Below, one piece after another: positions 50,336 to 62,851 of a DNA stretch of 64,000 bases. The number at the start of each line of letters is the position of its first letter. The stretch's first letter is position 1. The position numbers and the translations under genes are program-made. Below the pieces are notes generated by a model. It saw only the letters and a program-made list of their open reading frames with translations. It did not search any database and was not told the origin of the DNA. Where the stretch lies: the NCBI RefSeq assembly GCF_963921235.1, contig NC_086097.1:165914001-165978000 (forward strand), read 5' to 3'. This DNA comes from Mobula hypostoma (taxonomy: Eukaryota).

Positions 50336-50639
50336 TGAATTAGGAACAGGAATTGATCTCTCAAATCCTATGTTTGCCATTTAATGAACTCATGATTTAT
50401 CTGATTATAATCTAAAGTCCACATTCCTGTAAACCATGATAATATTTCATCCTTGCTTTAAAAACAATCTATGTAACACTGCTTTAAAATATCTAAAGGC
50501 ATTTGTATCCTCAGAATTTCTTTTCTCGAGCAAAGCTGTCAAATACTAGAGGGCATAGCTTGCAGGTGAGAGAGGAAGGTTTAAGGGAGATAAGCAGGCA
50601 AGTTCTTTTACACAAAGCAAAGTAATAATAGTAGTAGTA

Positions 50640-52622
50640 ATGCCACATTCAGGCTTGCTGATGACACCACTGTCATCGGCCGAAGCAAAGGTAGTGACGA
50701 ATCTGCATGTGGGGGGAGATTGAAAATCTGGATGAGTGGTGCCACAACATCAACCTCTCAGACAATGTCAGCAAGACCAAAGAGCTGATTATTGACTTCA
50801 GGAGGAGGAAACCGGAGGTCCAGGAGCCAGTCCTCATCAGGGGATCAGAGGTGGAGGGAGTCAGCAACTTTAAATTCCTTGGTGTTATTATTTCAGAGGA
50901 CCAGTCTTGGACCCAGCATGTTAGGTCAATTACGAAGAAAGCAAGGTAGTACCTCTACCTCCTTAGAAGTTTGTGAAGATTTGGCATGACATCTAAAACT
51001 TTGACAAACTTTTTCAGATATGTGGTGGACAGTATAGTGAGTGGGTGCATCGCCGTCTCGTATGGAAACACCATTACCCTTGAATGGAAAAGCCTACAAA
51101 AAAAACAGTGGATACAACCCAGCACGTCACGAGTAAAGCTCTCCCAACCATTGAGCACATCTGCATGGAGCACTGTTGCATGAAAGCAGCAACCATCAGC
51201 AGGGACTCCCTCTACCAAGGTCATGCTCTCTTCTCACTGCTGCCATCAGGAGGAAAGTACAGAAACCTTAGGACCCACACCACCAGATTCAAGAACAGTT
51301 AGTACCCCTCAACGATCAGGCTTTTGAACCAGAAGGGATAACTTCTCTCAGGCTATGTCTACACTACGCCGGATAATTTTGAAAACGCCAGCTTTGAGTA
51401 AAAATGACAGGTGTACACACTAAATGTTTTTCAAAATATCTCTGTCTACACTAACACAGATATTTGGGAAATCTCCTCTACTGGGCACGCGCAGGACATA
51501 AAGAAAACAAGCGAAGAGGAAACGGTATACTTAGTGCGCATTTGTCCAGTTACAGAGTAGAAAAACTTAAAAGGAATTGCTCTTGGCTCTTGCTCAGGAG
51601 GACTTAAAAGTAAAAAAAACAAATACTGGAGCGTATGGAGGCAATTGACAGGGAGTTCATGATCCGGCTGACGACGAACATTGAAAAACTGACTAACTCT
51701 GTTGCATTAATAAAGCACCTTGTTAAATGTATAAAACATGTCTGCATCAGTGTTATCTTGTATTTCCATACAATGTTACATTAGGCTGTTACACATCTAT
51801 TGTCAGAGAAGTACTTGCATAAATAGGTAAACCACCTTCATACAAGCAAGAACAGAAAACAGGGCAAAGTGAGTATATTTATTTATTCAGTAAGCTATGG
51901 GTCAAAGTATTTGGTGAGTACATTTCTAACTCTTCTGGCTTCAGTCTTGTTGCTGTCTGTTCTGAAATTGTTAGGTTCTGTGAAGCGCAGAATCAAATAT
52001 CGCTGTGATGATTGTACGCTCTAGTATCAATCGTTTGGCGACAATATAGTAGTAATAATAATAATAATAATAATAAGAAAACAATGAAATGCCGTGCTGT
52101 CGCCATCTGTTCCGGCACGTCACGACAGCGGTTTTAAAAAGCTCCGGTTACCCCATACACACTGCAACGGATATTAGGCATTTTCAGATTTATTCACTCT
52201 GGAGACAGTTTTTGAAAATTTCCGTTTTTGGGGGCTGAAAATGCCATTTCAGTGTGGATGGAAGGTCAAAACGAAGAGAAAAAGCTTCGTTTTCAAAATT
52301 ATCTGGCGTAGTGTGGACGTAGCCTCAATTTCACTCGCCCCATCACTGACCTATTCCCACAACCTATGGACTCACTTTCAAAGACTCTTAGTCTCATGTT
52401 CTTGATATTCATTGCTTATTTATTTATTATTATTCTTTCTATTTAGTATTTGCACAGTTTGTTGTCTTTTGCAGGTTGGTTGCTTGTCTGATTAGTTGGT
52501 GCGGTCTTTCATTGAATCTATTATAATTCTTGGATTTACCGAGTATGCTGGCAAGAAAATGAATCTCAGGGCTGTGTATGGTGACATATGTACTTTGGTA
52601 ATAAATTTACTTTGTGAATTTT
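50640..52622 (+). mobile_element. 5'-truncated Rex1/Babar LINE, interrupted by a Harbinger MITE
   Basis: ORFs 50707-50949 (NVSKTKELIIDFRR) and 51084-51302 (GHALFSLLPSG..TTRFKNS); 3' UTR resumes at 52325. Confidence 0.88.
51351..52324. mobile_element. PIF/Harbinger non-autonomous element (974 bp)
   Basis: 37-bp TIRs GGCTATGTCTACACTACGCCGGATAATTTTGAAAACG vs (reverse complement) GGCTACGTCCACACTACGCCAGATAATTTTGAAAACG; 3-bp TSD TCA (51348-51350, 52325-52327). Confidence 0.88.
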
Positions 52623-54319
52623 GAAGTGGCTGGAATGCGCTGTCGTGGATGGTGTAGGAAACAGAGATGATAGAGGCGTTTAACCAGACACATGAACATG
52701 AAGGAAAGGCAGGGATATGGATGATGTGCAGGTAGATGGGATTAGTTTCATTCAATATTGCAGACAGTGCAGACACTGCGGAATGAAGGGCCTGTTCCAT
52801 GTCCTAAATTCCTAAATCACATCTCATTTCTATTTTAGCAACAACTTATTTTTAAATACTTACTCTTCATTCTGGCCATCCCCACAATATAAACCACCCT
52901 CTCTAGAATGACCCTGTTAAGCCCACTTGGGATCTCATGTGAGTAAATGAAGTCTCTTTACTTTTCTAAATTCTGCTGCTACAAGCCTAGCCATTATTGG
53001 TCAACCCTACCTCTCCAGGTGTTTGTCCCTTAGAACTACTTCCAAAGTATTAATATCCTTCTTTAAATAAATGGAACAATATTAAACCCAGTGCTCCTGA
53101 AGTGGTCTTATCAATGCACTATATAACTGAAGCTTAATCTTATTTTTGTATTAATTTCCTCTAGCAATAAATAATAACATTTTGTTAGCTTTCCTCACTG
53201 CTTTCCGTAGCCTTTTGTAAATTATGCACCAGGACCCCAATGCCTCTGCATCTCTGAGTTCTGCATTCTCTCATCACTTAGATAATATGCTGTTTTACTT
53301 TATAACTTATTTTTAAATTTTCATTTGGAATTTCACTTCTATACAAGTTCAGCTGTTGAAAGTATGTGGTTTGGTAGCTTCTCTAAGATAACAGGGAGGA
53401 ATGTTAAATGAAGATATTAGTTTTGGTCTCCCAATCCTTCGCACAGCATAATTTCAAAGCCACTTCTTCATATCTCTTGTAAGTAGAATTAAGAGCCATC
53501 ACTGTTCACTTTGATGCGTTCACAATATCCTTCATGTACTGATATCCACATTCTTGTTCTTATTTATTTAGGCCTGGTGTGGAACTTTATCTCTTCAAAG
53601 CATCAGCGTTTCCTCTTTGATGTCTATGCTTTCCCTTAATTCTTAACTCCTCTGTATGTGAAGAGTATTGTTATATTTGGACAAGCTTCTGGGACACAGC
53701 TTGTCTATGGCATAGCGACTAGTCTATGTTTTCCTTAACTCTTAACTCCCCCCCGTATGTGAAAAGTACTATTATTTTTGGAAAAGTTTCTGGGATACTG
53801 CTTGTCTACTAGAGCAGAGTTGTGCTTTGTTTGTGGGGAGTGTTATACCTTCTGTGCCATATCTATAAAAGTATCTCTGAGCTGGCATAGACTTGATAGG
53901 CCAGATGTATACATAGCATATACATTGCATATGGAAATATGGAACTTTGCTGCTTGTCCAGTTACCCAGCTTGTTATTGCATGTCTTTACATAGCAGTAA
54001 AGTTAAATGTAAATTTATTATCAAAGTACATATATGCCATCATATACAACCCTGAGATTCATTTTCTTGCCAGCATACTCAATAAATCCATAAATAGAAT
54101 AATAACTATAACAGGATCAATGAAAGGCCACACAAATTTAGGCATTGAATCAGTATGCAAAGGACTACAAAGTGCAAACACAAAAAGAAAGAATAATAAT
54201 AATAAATAAGCAATAAATATCGACACCATGAGAAAGAAAAGTCCTTCAAAGTGAGTTGGCAGGTTGTAGGAACATTTCAGTGATGGGGCAAGTAAAGTTG
54301 AGTGAAGTTATCCTCTTTG

Positions 54320-56662
54320 GATAACACCAACATTCCTATAGTCCTGATCGATAAGTTATGGAACCCGGGCCTCTGTACCTCCCTCTGCAATTGGATCTTA
54401 ACTTCGTAACTGGAAGACCACAATCTATGTGTAGTAATATCTCCTTGCTGACGGTCAACACTGGTGCACCTCAGGGGTGTGTGCTTAGCCCACTGCTCTA
54501 CTCTCTCTATACCCATGACTGTGTGGCTAAGCATAGCTCAAATGCCATCTATAAATTTGCTGATGATACAATCATTATTCTCAGTATCTCAGATGGAAAT
54601 GAGAGGGCATATGGGAGCGAGACATATCAGCTAGTTGAGTGGTGTCACAGCAATGACCTTGCACTCAGAGTCAGTAAGACCAAAGAGCTGATTGTGGACT
54701 TCAGGAGGGGGAAGACGAGGGAACACAAACCAATCTTCTCAGAGGGATCAGAAATGGAGAGGGTGAGCAATTTCAAGGTCCTGGGTGTTAAGATCTCTGA
54801 GGATGTAACCTGGTCCCAACAGATCAATTCAGCTATAAAGAAGGCAAGACAGTGGCTAAATTTAATGAGGAGTTTGAAGACATTTGGTTTGTCACTTCAG
54901 ACACTTGAAAACTTCTACAGAAGTACCATGGAGAGCATTCTGACAGGCTGCATCACTGTCTGGTATGGGGAGGGGCGGCTACTGCACAGGATTGAAAGAA
55001 GCTACAGGAAGTTGTAAAATTAGTCAGCTCCATCTTGGGTACTAGCTTCTGTAGTATTCAAGGCAGTGGCGTCCATCATTAAGGACCCACATCACCCAGG
55101 ACATGCCCTCTTCTCATTGTTCCCGTCAGTACAAAAACCTGAGGCACACACTCAGCAATTCCCCGATCCCATCTGATTCCTAAATGGACATGGAACCCAC
55201 CAATGCTACCTCACTTTTTAAAAACTATTATTTCTGTTTTTGCACTATTTAACTACTTTATATTATATATATAGTCATAGTCATACTTTATTGATCCCGG
55301 GGGAAATTGGTTTTTGTTACAGTTGCACCATAAATAATAAATAGTAATAGAACCATAAATAGTTAAATGGTAATATGTAAATTATGCCAGTAAATTATGA
55401 AATAAGTCCAGGACCAGCCTATTGGCTCAGGGTGTCTGACCCTCCAAGGGAGGAGTTGTAAAGTTTGATGGCCACAGGCAGGAATGACTTCTTATGACGC
55501 TCTGTGCTGCATCTCGGAGGAATGAGTCTCTGGCTGAATGTCCTCCTGTGCCCACCCAGTACATTATGTAGTGGATGGGAGACATTGACCAAGATGGCAT
55601 GCAACTTGGACAGCATCCTCTTTTCACACACCACCGTCAGAAAGTCCAGTTCCATCCCCACAACATCACTGGCCTTACGAATAAGTTTGTTGATTCTATT
55701 GGTGTCTGCTACCCTCAGCCTGCTGCCCCAGCACACAACAGCAAACATGATCGCACTGGCCACCACAGACTCGTGGAATACCCTCAGCATTGTCTGGCAG
55801 ATGTTAAAGGACCTCAGTCTCCTCAGGAAATAGAGACGGCTCTGACCCTTCTTGTAGACAGCCTCAGTGTTCTTAGACCAGTCTAGTTTATTGTCAATTC
55901 ATATCCCCAGGTATTTGTAATCCTCCACCATGTCCACACTGACCCCCTGGATGGAAACAGGGGTCACCAGTACCTTAGCTCTCCTCAGGTCTACCACCAG
56001 CTCCTTAGTCTTTTTCACGTTAAGCTGTAGATAATTCTGCTCACACCATGTGACAAAGTTTCCTACAGTAGCCCTGTACTCAACCTCATCTCCCTTGCTG
56101 ATGCATCCAACTATGGCAGAGTCATCCGAAAACTTCTGAAGATGACAAGACTCTGTGCAGTAGTTGAAGTCCGAGGTGTAAATGGTGAAGAGAAAGGGAG
56201 ACAAGACAGTCCCCTGTGGAGCCCCAGTGCTGCTGATCACTCTGTCGGACACACTGTTGCAAGCACACGTACTGTGGTCTGCCAGTCAGGTAATCAAGAA
56301 TCCATGACACCAGGAAAGCATCCACCTGCATCGCTGTCAGCTTCTCCCCCAGCAGAGCAGGGCGGATGGTGTTGAACGCACTGGAGAAGTCAAAAAACAT
56401 GACCCTCACAGTGCTCGCTGGCTTGTCCAGGTGGGCGTAGACACGGTTCAGCAGGAAGACGATGGCATCCTCAACTCCTAGTGGGGCTGGTAGGCGAACT
56501 GGTACATATATATATACACACACACATATATACATACACATACATTTACTGCAACTTAATTTACTTATTTATTTTTCTATATTTTTCATGTATTGCATTG
56601 TACTGCTGCCACTAAATTAACAAATTTCGCAACATATGCCGGTGATATTAAATCTGATTCTC
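54320..56662 (+). mobile_element. 5'-truncated Rex1/Babar LINE (54320-55271, 3' UTR resumes ~56504-56662)
   Basis: ORF 54358-55017 (GAPQGCVLSPLLYSLYTHDC..KFADD); tail TGATATTAAATCTGATTC. Confidence 0.88.
55272..56500 (-). mobile_element. Younger Rex1-subfamily LINE, 5'-truncated, inserted in a TA/CA microsatellite
   Basis: ORFs 56122-56541 ([17 protein letters not shown]), 55899-56252 (GAPQGTVLSP, KFSDD) and 55419-55790; minus-strand tail CAATAAAGTATGACTATGACT. Confidence 0.9.
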
Positions 56663-57444
56663 ATTCTGGTTCAAGGGCCTGATGATTGAGGAGTAGTAAC
56701 TGTTTCTGAACCTGGTGGTGTGAGTCCTCAGCCTCCTGTACCTCTTCCTGATGGCAGCAGCGGGAGGAGAGCTTGAACTGGATGGTGGGATCCCTGATGA
56801 TGGATGCTGCTTTCATGTAGCAGCACTCTGTGAAAATGTGCTCAATGGTGAGGAGGGCTTTACTTGTGATGGACTGCCATATCCACAACTCTTTGTAGGA
56901 TTTCCCATTGAAGAGCATTGGTGTTTCCATACCAGGCTGTAATGCAGCCAGTCAATATACTCTCCACTACACATTTATAGAAGTTATTCAAAGTTTTAGA
57001 TGTTAATCAAATCTTTGCAAACTCATAAAGAAGTAGAGATGCTGTCATGCTTTCTTCATAATTGCATTAATGTGCTGAGTCCAGGACTGGTCCTCTGAAA
57101 GGATAACCTCGAAGAATTTATAGTTTCTAACCCTCTCCACCTCTGATCCTGTGACGAGGTCTGGTTCATGGACCTCAGATTTCCAAGCTGTTGAGGTTGT
57201 TTCATGATGCTTATAACTTGTGGCCTTGAAATACAATTTCAATTGTTGTGATCAATGGGCTGCATATTGAGATGTAGTACTGGGGAGAATGCATCATATG
57301 TAAAAAATACTTGGAGCAAATTTGCAATTGCTTTATTTTCATTCAGAAATGATCATTTGTGCAATTTGCTCCGGGTAAAGTCCAAATGGGACTGCCTACC
57401 CCTGCAAAAGAAATGGGCATTCAGTGATCCAGGTTTTGGGCTCA

Positions 57445-58200
57445 TAGGGTTGACTATTTTTCTAAGTGGAGAGAAAATTCAAAAAACTGAGGTGCAAAGG
57501 GACTTCAAAGTCCTTGTTCGGGATTCCCTAAAGGTTAATTTGCAGGTTGAATCTGTGGTGAAGAAGGCAAATGCAATATTAGCTATCATTTCAAGAGGAC
57601 TAGAATATAAAAGCAAGAGTGTAATGTTGAAAGTTTATAAAGCACTGGTGAGGCCTCACTTGGGAGTATCGTGAACAGGTTTGGACAACTTATCTTAGAA
57701 AGGATGTGTTAAAACTAGAAAGGCTTTGAAGGAAGTTCATGAAAATGATTCCAGGATTGAATGGCTTGTCATTTGAACAGCCTTTAATGGCTCTGGGCCT
57801 GTATATACTAGAATTCAGGAGAATGAAGGGTGACCTCATTGAAACCTTTTGAATGGTGAAAGGCCTTGATAGAGTGGATGTGGAGAGGATGGTGGGAGTC
57901 CAAGACCAGAGGACACAGCCTCATAATAGAGGGGTTTCCTTTGAGAACGGAGATGAGGAGGAATTTCTTTAGCCAGAGAGTGGTAAATCCGTGGAATTCT
58001 TTAACAAAAAAAGCTGTGGCGGCCAAGTTATGTATATTTAAGGCAGAGGTTGATAGATTCCTAATGGGGTCAGGGCATGAAGGGATACAGGGGTGAGGCA
58101 GGAGACTGGGGTTGAAAGGAAAATTGGATCAGCCATGATGAAATGGTGGAGCAGACTTGATGGTCTAATTCTGCTCCTTCATCTTCTGGTCTTATGGTTG
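57445..58200 (+). mobile_element. CR1 3' fragment
   Basis: ORFs 57255-57674 (C-terminal half: LKVYKALVRPHL) and 57866-58096 (RRNFFSQRVVNPWN); close to 43180-43935. Confidence 0.88.
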
Positions 58201-59451
58201 CTTTCAGAGTAACTGTTCTCCAGTGTATTCTTCCGCAGCGAACATGTAAATGGGAAGGATGAATCATTTTTGGGCATAGTTCCACAACCATTACCCTCTC
58301 CTACTAAACCTTCTTTAAGTGTGAAATTCAATGTTCTGTTCCACAGTGGAGAGGGACGGGTTTGAGTGGAGAAATGGCATATGTTTAATTCTGTCCTGAC
58401 CGGATATCTGTAAGCATACATTTTCCATGGAGGTAATTAGACAATGCTTAGGAATGAGATGTCTAGTTATTTTCTAATACAAAATCCATAGCTTTGAAGT
58501 GTATCCAACTTAGAAGATAATGACAAGCGACCCGTGTATGTTTTCATTGCCAGGGACTTACCGAACAGATGATACATGGAGTCACCACATTCTGTTCTCT
58601 GATGTTAGTGGAATCAACTAGCTCATTGAAAAGATCTGAGCTTTTCATTCAATGTTTTGCCCATTATGACTCATAGAATGAATGGCTTCATGGAGGAGAA
58701 AATTTCCAATGATCACAAAGCATTTATACCATATGTATTTGTTCTGCTGAATTTGAAAATACCCGTTGCCATGGGGATAGCCTTTGTTTGAATTTTAAAC
58801 AGAATGACTACAGGCAATGTGAATGCAGTACACCTGTTCACAGAGTGGAAAGAACTTACTTCCTTGAAAGCACTCATAATATTTCATTTCCAATCTCTGG
58901 CCAACATCAGGGAGCTCGGATCTAATTAATGCCATGTCATGTTGATGCTGTTTTCAGATCAAACTTCTACAGTTTTAGGGGCTTTGTAAAACTTATCAGC
59001 ATTGCAACCATTTATAGAGTCCTTATTCTAGAGTCATACTCCATGGAAACAAGCCCTTCAGCACACACTATTGCCACGATGGCTATCCATAAAACAGAAA
59101 CAAACAAAGAAAGCAGCTCCAAAAGTGCAAGGAATTGTAGGAAGTTGTAAATAGAACCCACTCAATCACATAAACAAGGCTGCCCTCCATTTACTCCATC
59201 TAAACCACTTATGTATTGGGAAAACAGCCAACATAATTAAGGACCCTTTCCCACCCTGACCATTCCCTCTTCTACCCTCTCCTGTTGGGCAGTAGATACA
59301 AAATCCTGAAAGCATGAGCCACTAGCCTCAAGGACAGCTTCCATCCTGTTGTTATCAGACTCTTGAATGAACCTTTCATATGTTAGAAGATGAAACCTTG
59401 ATCTCCCTTCTACCTCTTCGTGATCCTTGCGCCTGCTTTGCGCTTTCTCTG

Positions 59452-60068
59452 TGTAAGGGTTTCTTCTTTTATGTTACTGCTAAGGTGAATAAAATGGCTT
59501 CTCTGTACTGTTAACTGCTGAGACAGTGGTTCTCTATAGCAGTATGTTTGGGTTATAATTATTGATAATGGGACGTATTCATTTGCTAACCAATTGGGAT
59601 AGGTGTTATTCTTTCTGTCTGTGTGAAAGCTGTTAGTTTGCGCGGGCTATGGTGAGAAGGCGCGAAGAGGATGAAGAGAGAAGACATGGCTTGAGGAGAC
59701 GGTTGCCGGACCCACTGGGCCTGGGCTCGGGGCGGGAGCCCAGGGGTCGACAACGAGCGAAGGAGGATCAGTGACAGGGAATCCGTGAGCTCCAACGTTT
59801 GTGCACTGGACATGTTTATGAGATTATTGGCACCTTTTATTTGTTTTCCTTTTCTTTTGTTTCTCTACTAACCCCATACTTAAATATAAAATCTTACTCG
59901 TTTAACCACACATTGTGGACTGAATGTTATTTCAGGGTACTAATGTTACACAGGGGACACAACACACAGCATCCACCCAAACTTGATTACCCAGTTTGGC
60001 GGGGCCAAAGGCTGCTCTCCCCAGACGGAAGCGAGCTGAGCGAGCCTGAGGCTTATCAGGGGGCTACA
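59452..60068 (+). mobile_element. Solo LTR (617 bp) inserted in a LINE 3' UTR (~59100-60215)
   Basis: TGTAAG...GCTACA termini with 4-bp TSD TCTG (59448-59451, 60069-60072); strand tentative. Confidence 0.85.
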
Positions 60069-60504
60069 TCTGTAACAGCAACCTAACAGTCTGTATTCTG
60101 ATTTACTTTAGAATCACAATGTACTTATATATGGCATAAGTCGTCTGGATGGCACACAAAGCAAAGCCTTTTCACTGCATTTCGGTATACGTGGCAATAG
60201 TAGACAAATACCAGATTCTGAAAAGCAGTTCTGAGGACTGTGTAACATATAAACATTGGACATTTGACTGGGAGTTCCAAAGAGAAAGGGCAATGTTTAA
60301 AAGCTCTGTCACCAAAGGTGGGGCAAAGGGTGCATCTGTCTAGATCTAGGAAAATTAAGCATGCAAGGAAGGGATAAGAAGAGGTGGGACAGGGCTCCTT
60401 ATTAAATATCCATAATAGGTCTCAAACTGAACAGCTTGTTAGGCTGTGCTGTGCTGTGTGTCTAAGGTCACATATACATATGTTATTCTGGGCAATGTAA
60501 GGGT

Positions 60505-60680
60505 AGCAGTTTCCATGAAGGACATGAATGAAGCAAATGAGCTTTGCACACCCACCTTTTAACTCCAGATTTAATTACGTGAATTAAAATTCCCAGCTGT
60601 AGTGTAGGGTTCTAAACTTACCTCTCCGGATCATCATTAGATATTTAGTATACTAATTTTATTGTAATGCTACCCTTCTG
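60505..60680 (-). mobile_element. Possible Deu-domain SINE 5' half, heavily decayed
   Basis: TCCAGATTTAATT..GAATTAAAATTCCCAGCTG..GGGTTCTAAAC resembles, from memory, the reverse complement of SacSINE1-type heads. Confidence 0.4.
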
Positions 60681-60799
60681 GGAGATCAAAGGGTTGATTG
60701 TTAATTGTAAATTAGTGTTTCAACTTCAGAACACTTCAGTAGATTATTTGTTGTCAAGGTGATTGTCAGTGAACAATTATACATATAACAGATAATTAG

Positions 60800-60965
60800 A
60801 AACAAGCTAGTCAGCCCAGGAGATCTCTGTCCCTCACCCAGACTGCCTGTAGATGACACCAGACCCTTAACAATGTGGTTGATTCTTATGTATTCTCTGA
60901 AATGGCTCTATTAGCCTCTCGTTTTAAAAGACAGGCAATAAATGTCTGCTTGCATCCTATAAATT
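60800..60965 (+). mobile_element. Deu-domain SINE remnant (SacSINE1/AmnSINE1-like)
   Basis: TGACACCAGACCC..CAATGTGGTTGATTCTTA..CTCTGAAATGGC..GGCAATAAATG resembles the Deu-SINE central/3' region as recalled. Confidence 0.6.
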
Positions 60966-61637
60966 AATTATCACTCCCTTTAAAATAAGGACAAGGCAAC
61001 TGCATTGGGACATGGAGCTTTGCTAAGGAAATCTCTAGGGGTCTTTAGTGTGTTAAAACATCATGTAGTGTCGTTAACTTGCTGGACTTCAATCAAGATA
61101 AAAGGCTTCGTATTAGCTTGAGATTCTACACTGGAATTGGAAGTCAGATGGCAGGAACATAATGTTTGAGTTTGCAGGAAATCCATAGGCCAAATCAAAT
61201 ATTCGTTATAGAGGTTCAAAGCAGAATTCTTGCTCAGTTGTTGCATGTATAACTGACCTCGACAGAAAGAATCCATAGATGTACTCGTCTCTTTATGTAT
61301 CACACATTTCTAACAAGAGAAATATTAATGAGGATTCCCATATATTGTATTTCCCCAGTCTATTCAGCTATTCCCAAACAACCCCACATTCAGCTTGATT
61401 ATATGCCAGGCAAGGAACTTAGAATTTTCCTGTTCTGAAACAAAAGATGCTAAATATGCCCAGCAGGGCAGGCAGCATCTGTGGAGAAGGAAATGGAGTT
61501 CACATCTGAGATCCACGACCCTTCATCAGAACTGGATAGGTAAGAAAGCAAGCATACTTTAAGTTGCAGAGAGGGCGAGGGTGGAGAGAACAGAGGGATG
61601 CACAGGATAAGGCACAAAGTTACAATTGCTTTGAAAA

Positions 61638-61924
61638 TGCAAACACGAGGAATTCTGCAGATGCTGGAAATTCAAGCAACACACATCAAAGTTGCTGGTG
61701 AACGCAGCAGGCCAGGCAGCATCTCTAGGAAGAGGTACAGTCGACGTTTCAGGCCAAGACCCTTCGTCAGGACTAACTAACCTCCCTCTCCCACTTTTAT
61801 ATCTCTTACTAGCTCATTCTTCAGTTAGTCTTGACGAGGGGTCTCGGCCTGAAACGTCAACTGTACCTCTTCCTAGAGATGCTGCCTGGCCTGCTGCGTT
61901 CACCAGCAACTTTGATGTGTGTTA
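61638..61924. mobile_element. Fold-back Penelope-derived element with two opposed hammerhead motifs
   Basis: ~100-bp inverted arms (61678-61778 vs 61823-61923) around a ~40-nt spacer; CTTTGAAAA duplicated at 61629-61637 and 61925-61933. Confidence 0.82.
61739..61774 (-). ncRNA. Minimal type I hammerhead ribozyme motif with intact core
   Basis: Minus strand AGUC-CUGACGA-AGGGUCUUGGCCU-GAAA-CGUC^GACU: stem I AGUC/GACU, stem II AGG/CCU, loopless palindromic stem III (ACGU), GUC cleavage triplet. Confidence 0.7.
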
Positions 61925-62024
61925 CTTTGAAAACATTTGGTTAGGGAGCAGAAGAGATAAAAGCAACAAATTGATACAGAAGGTTACAGCCATGAAGAAT
62001 GAGAAATAAAAATTCAAAAAGATG

Positions 62025-62283
62025 ACCCTTTAAAACTTAGATGAGGAGGAATGTCTTTAGCCTGAGGGTAGTGAATCTGTGGAATTTATTGCCACAGAAG
62101 GATGTGGAGTCCAAGTCATTGGCTGTACTTACAGAGGCAGAGATTGATAGCTTCTTTTCTGGGAAGACTGTGAAGGGTTACAAGGAGATGGCGGAGAATG
62201 GGGCTGAAAAAAAATTAGCCATGATTGAATAGCAGTTCAGACTTAATGGGCTAAATCGCCTATTCCTGGTCCTCCATCTATGG
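62025..62283 (+). mobile_element. CR1 3' fragment
   Basis: ORF 62041-62232 (MRRNVFSLRVVNLWN). Confidence 0.8.
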
Positions 62284-62851
62284 CAGGCAAGAAATAGTTT
62301 GCCTGAAATTGTTACATTCAAAATTGGATCCTGAAGGTATCAACATGCCCAGCTGTGAGTTGAGTTGTTGCTTCCCAAGTCCATGCTGGGCATTGCCACA
62401 GCCTCAACATAGAAGGCTGAAGAGAGGTCAGAGCAGAGGGAAGTGACAGAGGACTGGAAGCCCAATGCCACCTCTGGGGACCGAAAGGGAATGTCTAGTA
62501 AGTAAGTCAGCTACTCTGCTCACTCCAGGACCACGGAATGCAATACGGTTTCTCCATAGACATCTTCCTCTTTCATTGTTCTGAGGGGACTGGCTGGTCC
62601 ACTCACTCATCTCCACGCAGCACCTACCCCTCCAATTGCATATTGCGTTACACTGTGGCCATTCCCTGCACTGAAGGGCAGAGTGCGAATTCGATTACTA
62701 CTTTGTAGAGTACCACTGTTTAGTCTGTGAAATTGGTCCTGGGCTTCCAGTCACCCATTTGAACTCCCTATTTGACCTTCTACACTTTTAAGTGGTATCC
62801 AATATCAGCTCAAGGACCACACATTATCTTCTATCTGGGCATGTTACAACG

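Larger units (their letters stand above)
53995..57190 (-). mobile_element. Rex1/Babar 3' fragment in two pieces (53995-54319, 56663-57190)
   Basis: ORFs 57045-57242 and 56661-56930; sequence is continuous across the gap (..GAGTGAAGTTATCC|..TGGTTCAAG..), as in the uninterrupted copies. Confidence 0.7.

Noticed and set aside
53600..53810. Local ~105-bp duplication (TTCC.TTAA.TCTTAACTCC..GTATGTGAA.AGTA.T..GGGA.AC.GCTTGTCTA)
   Set aside because: Only two diverged units with no coding or structural signal; treated as a simple tandem duplication.
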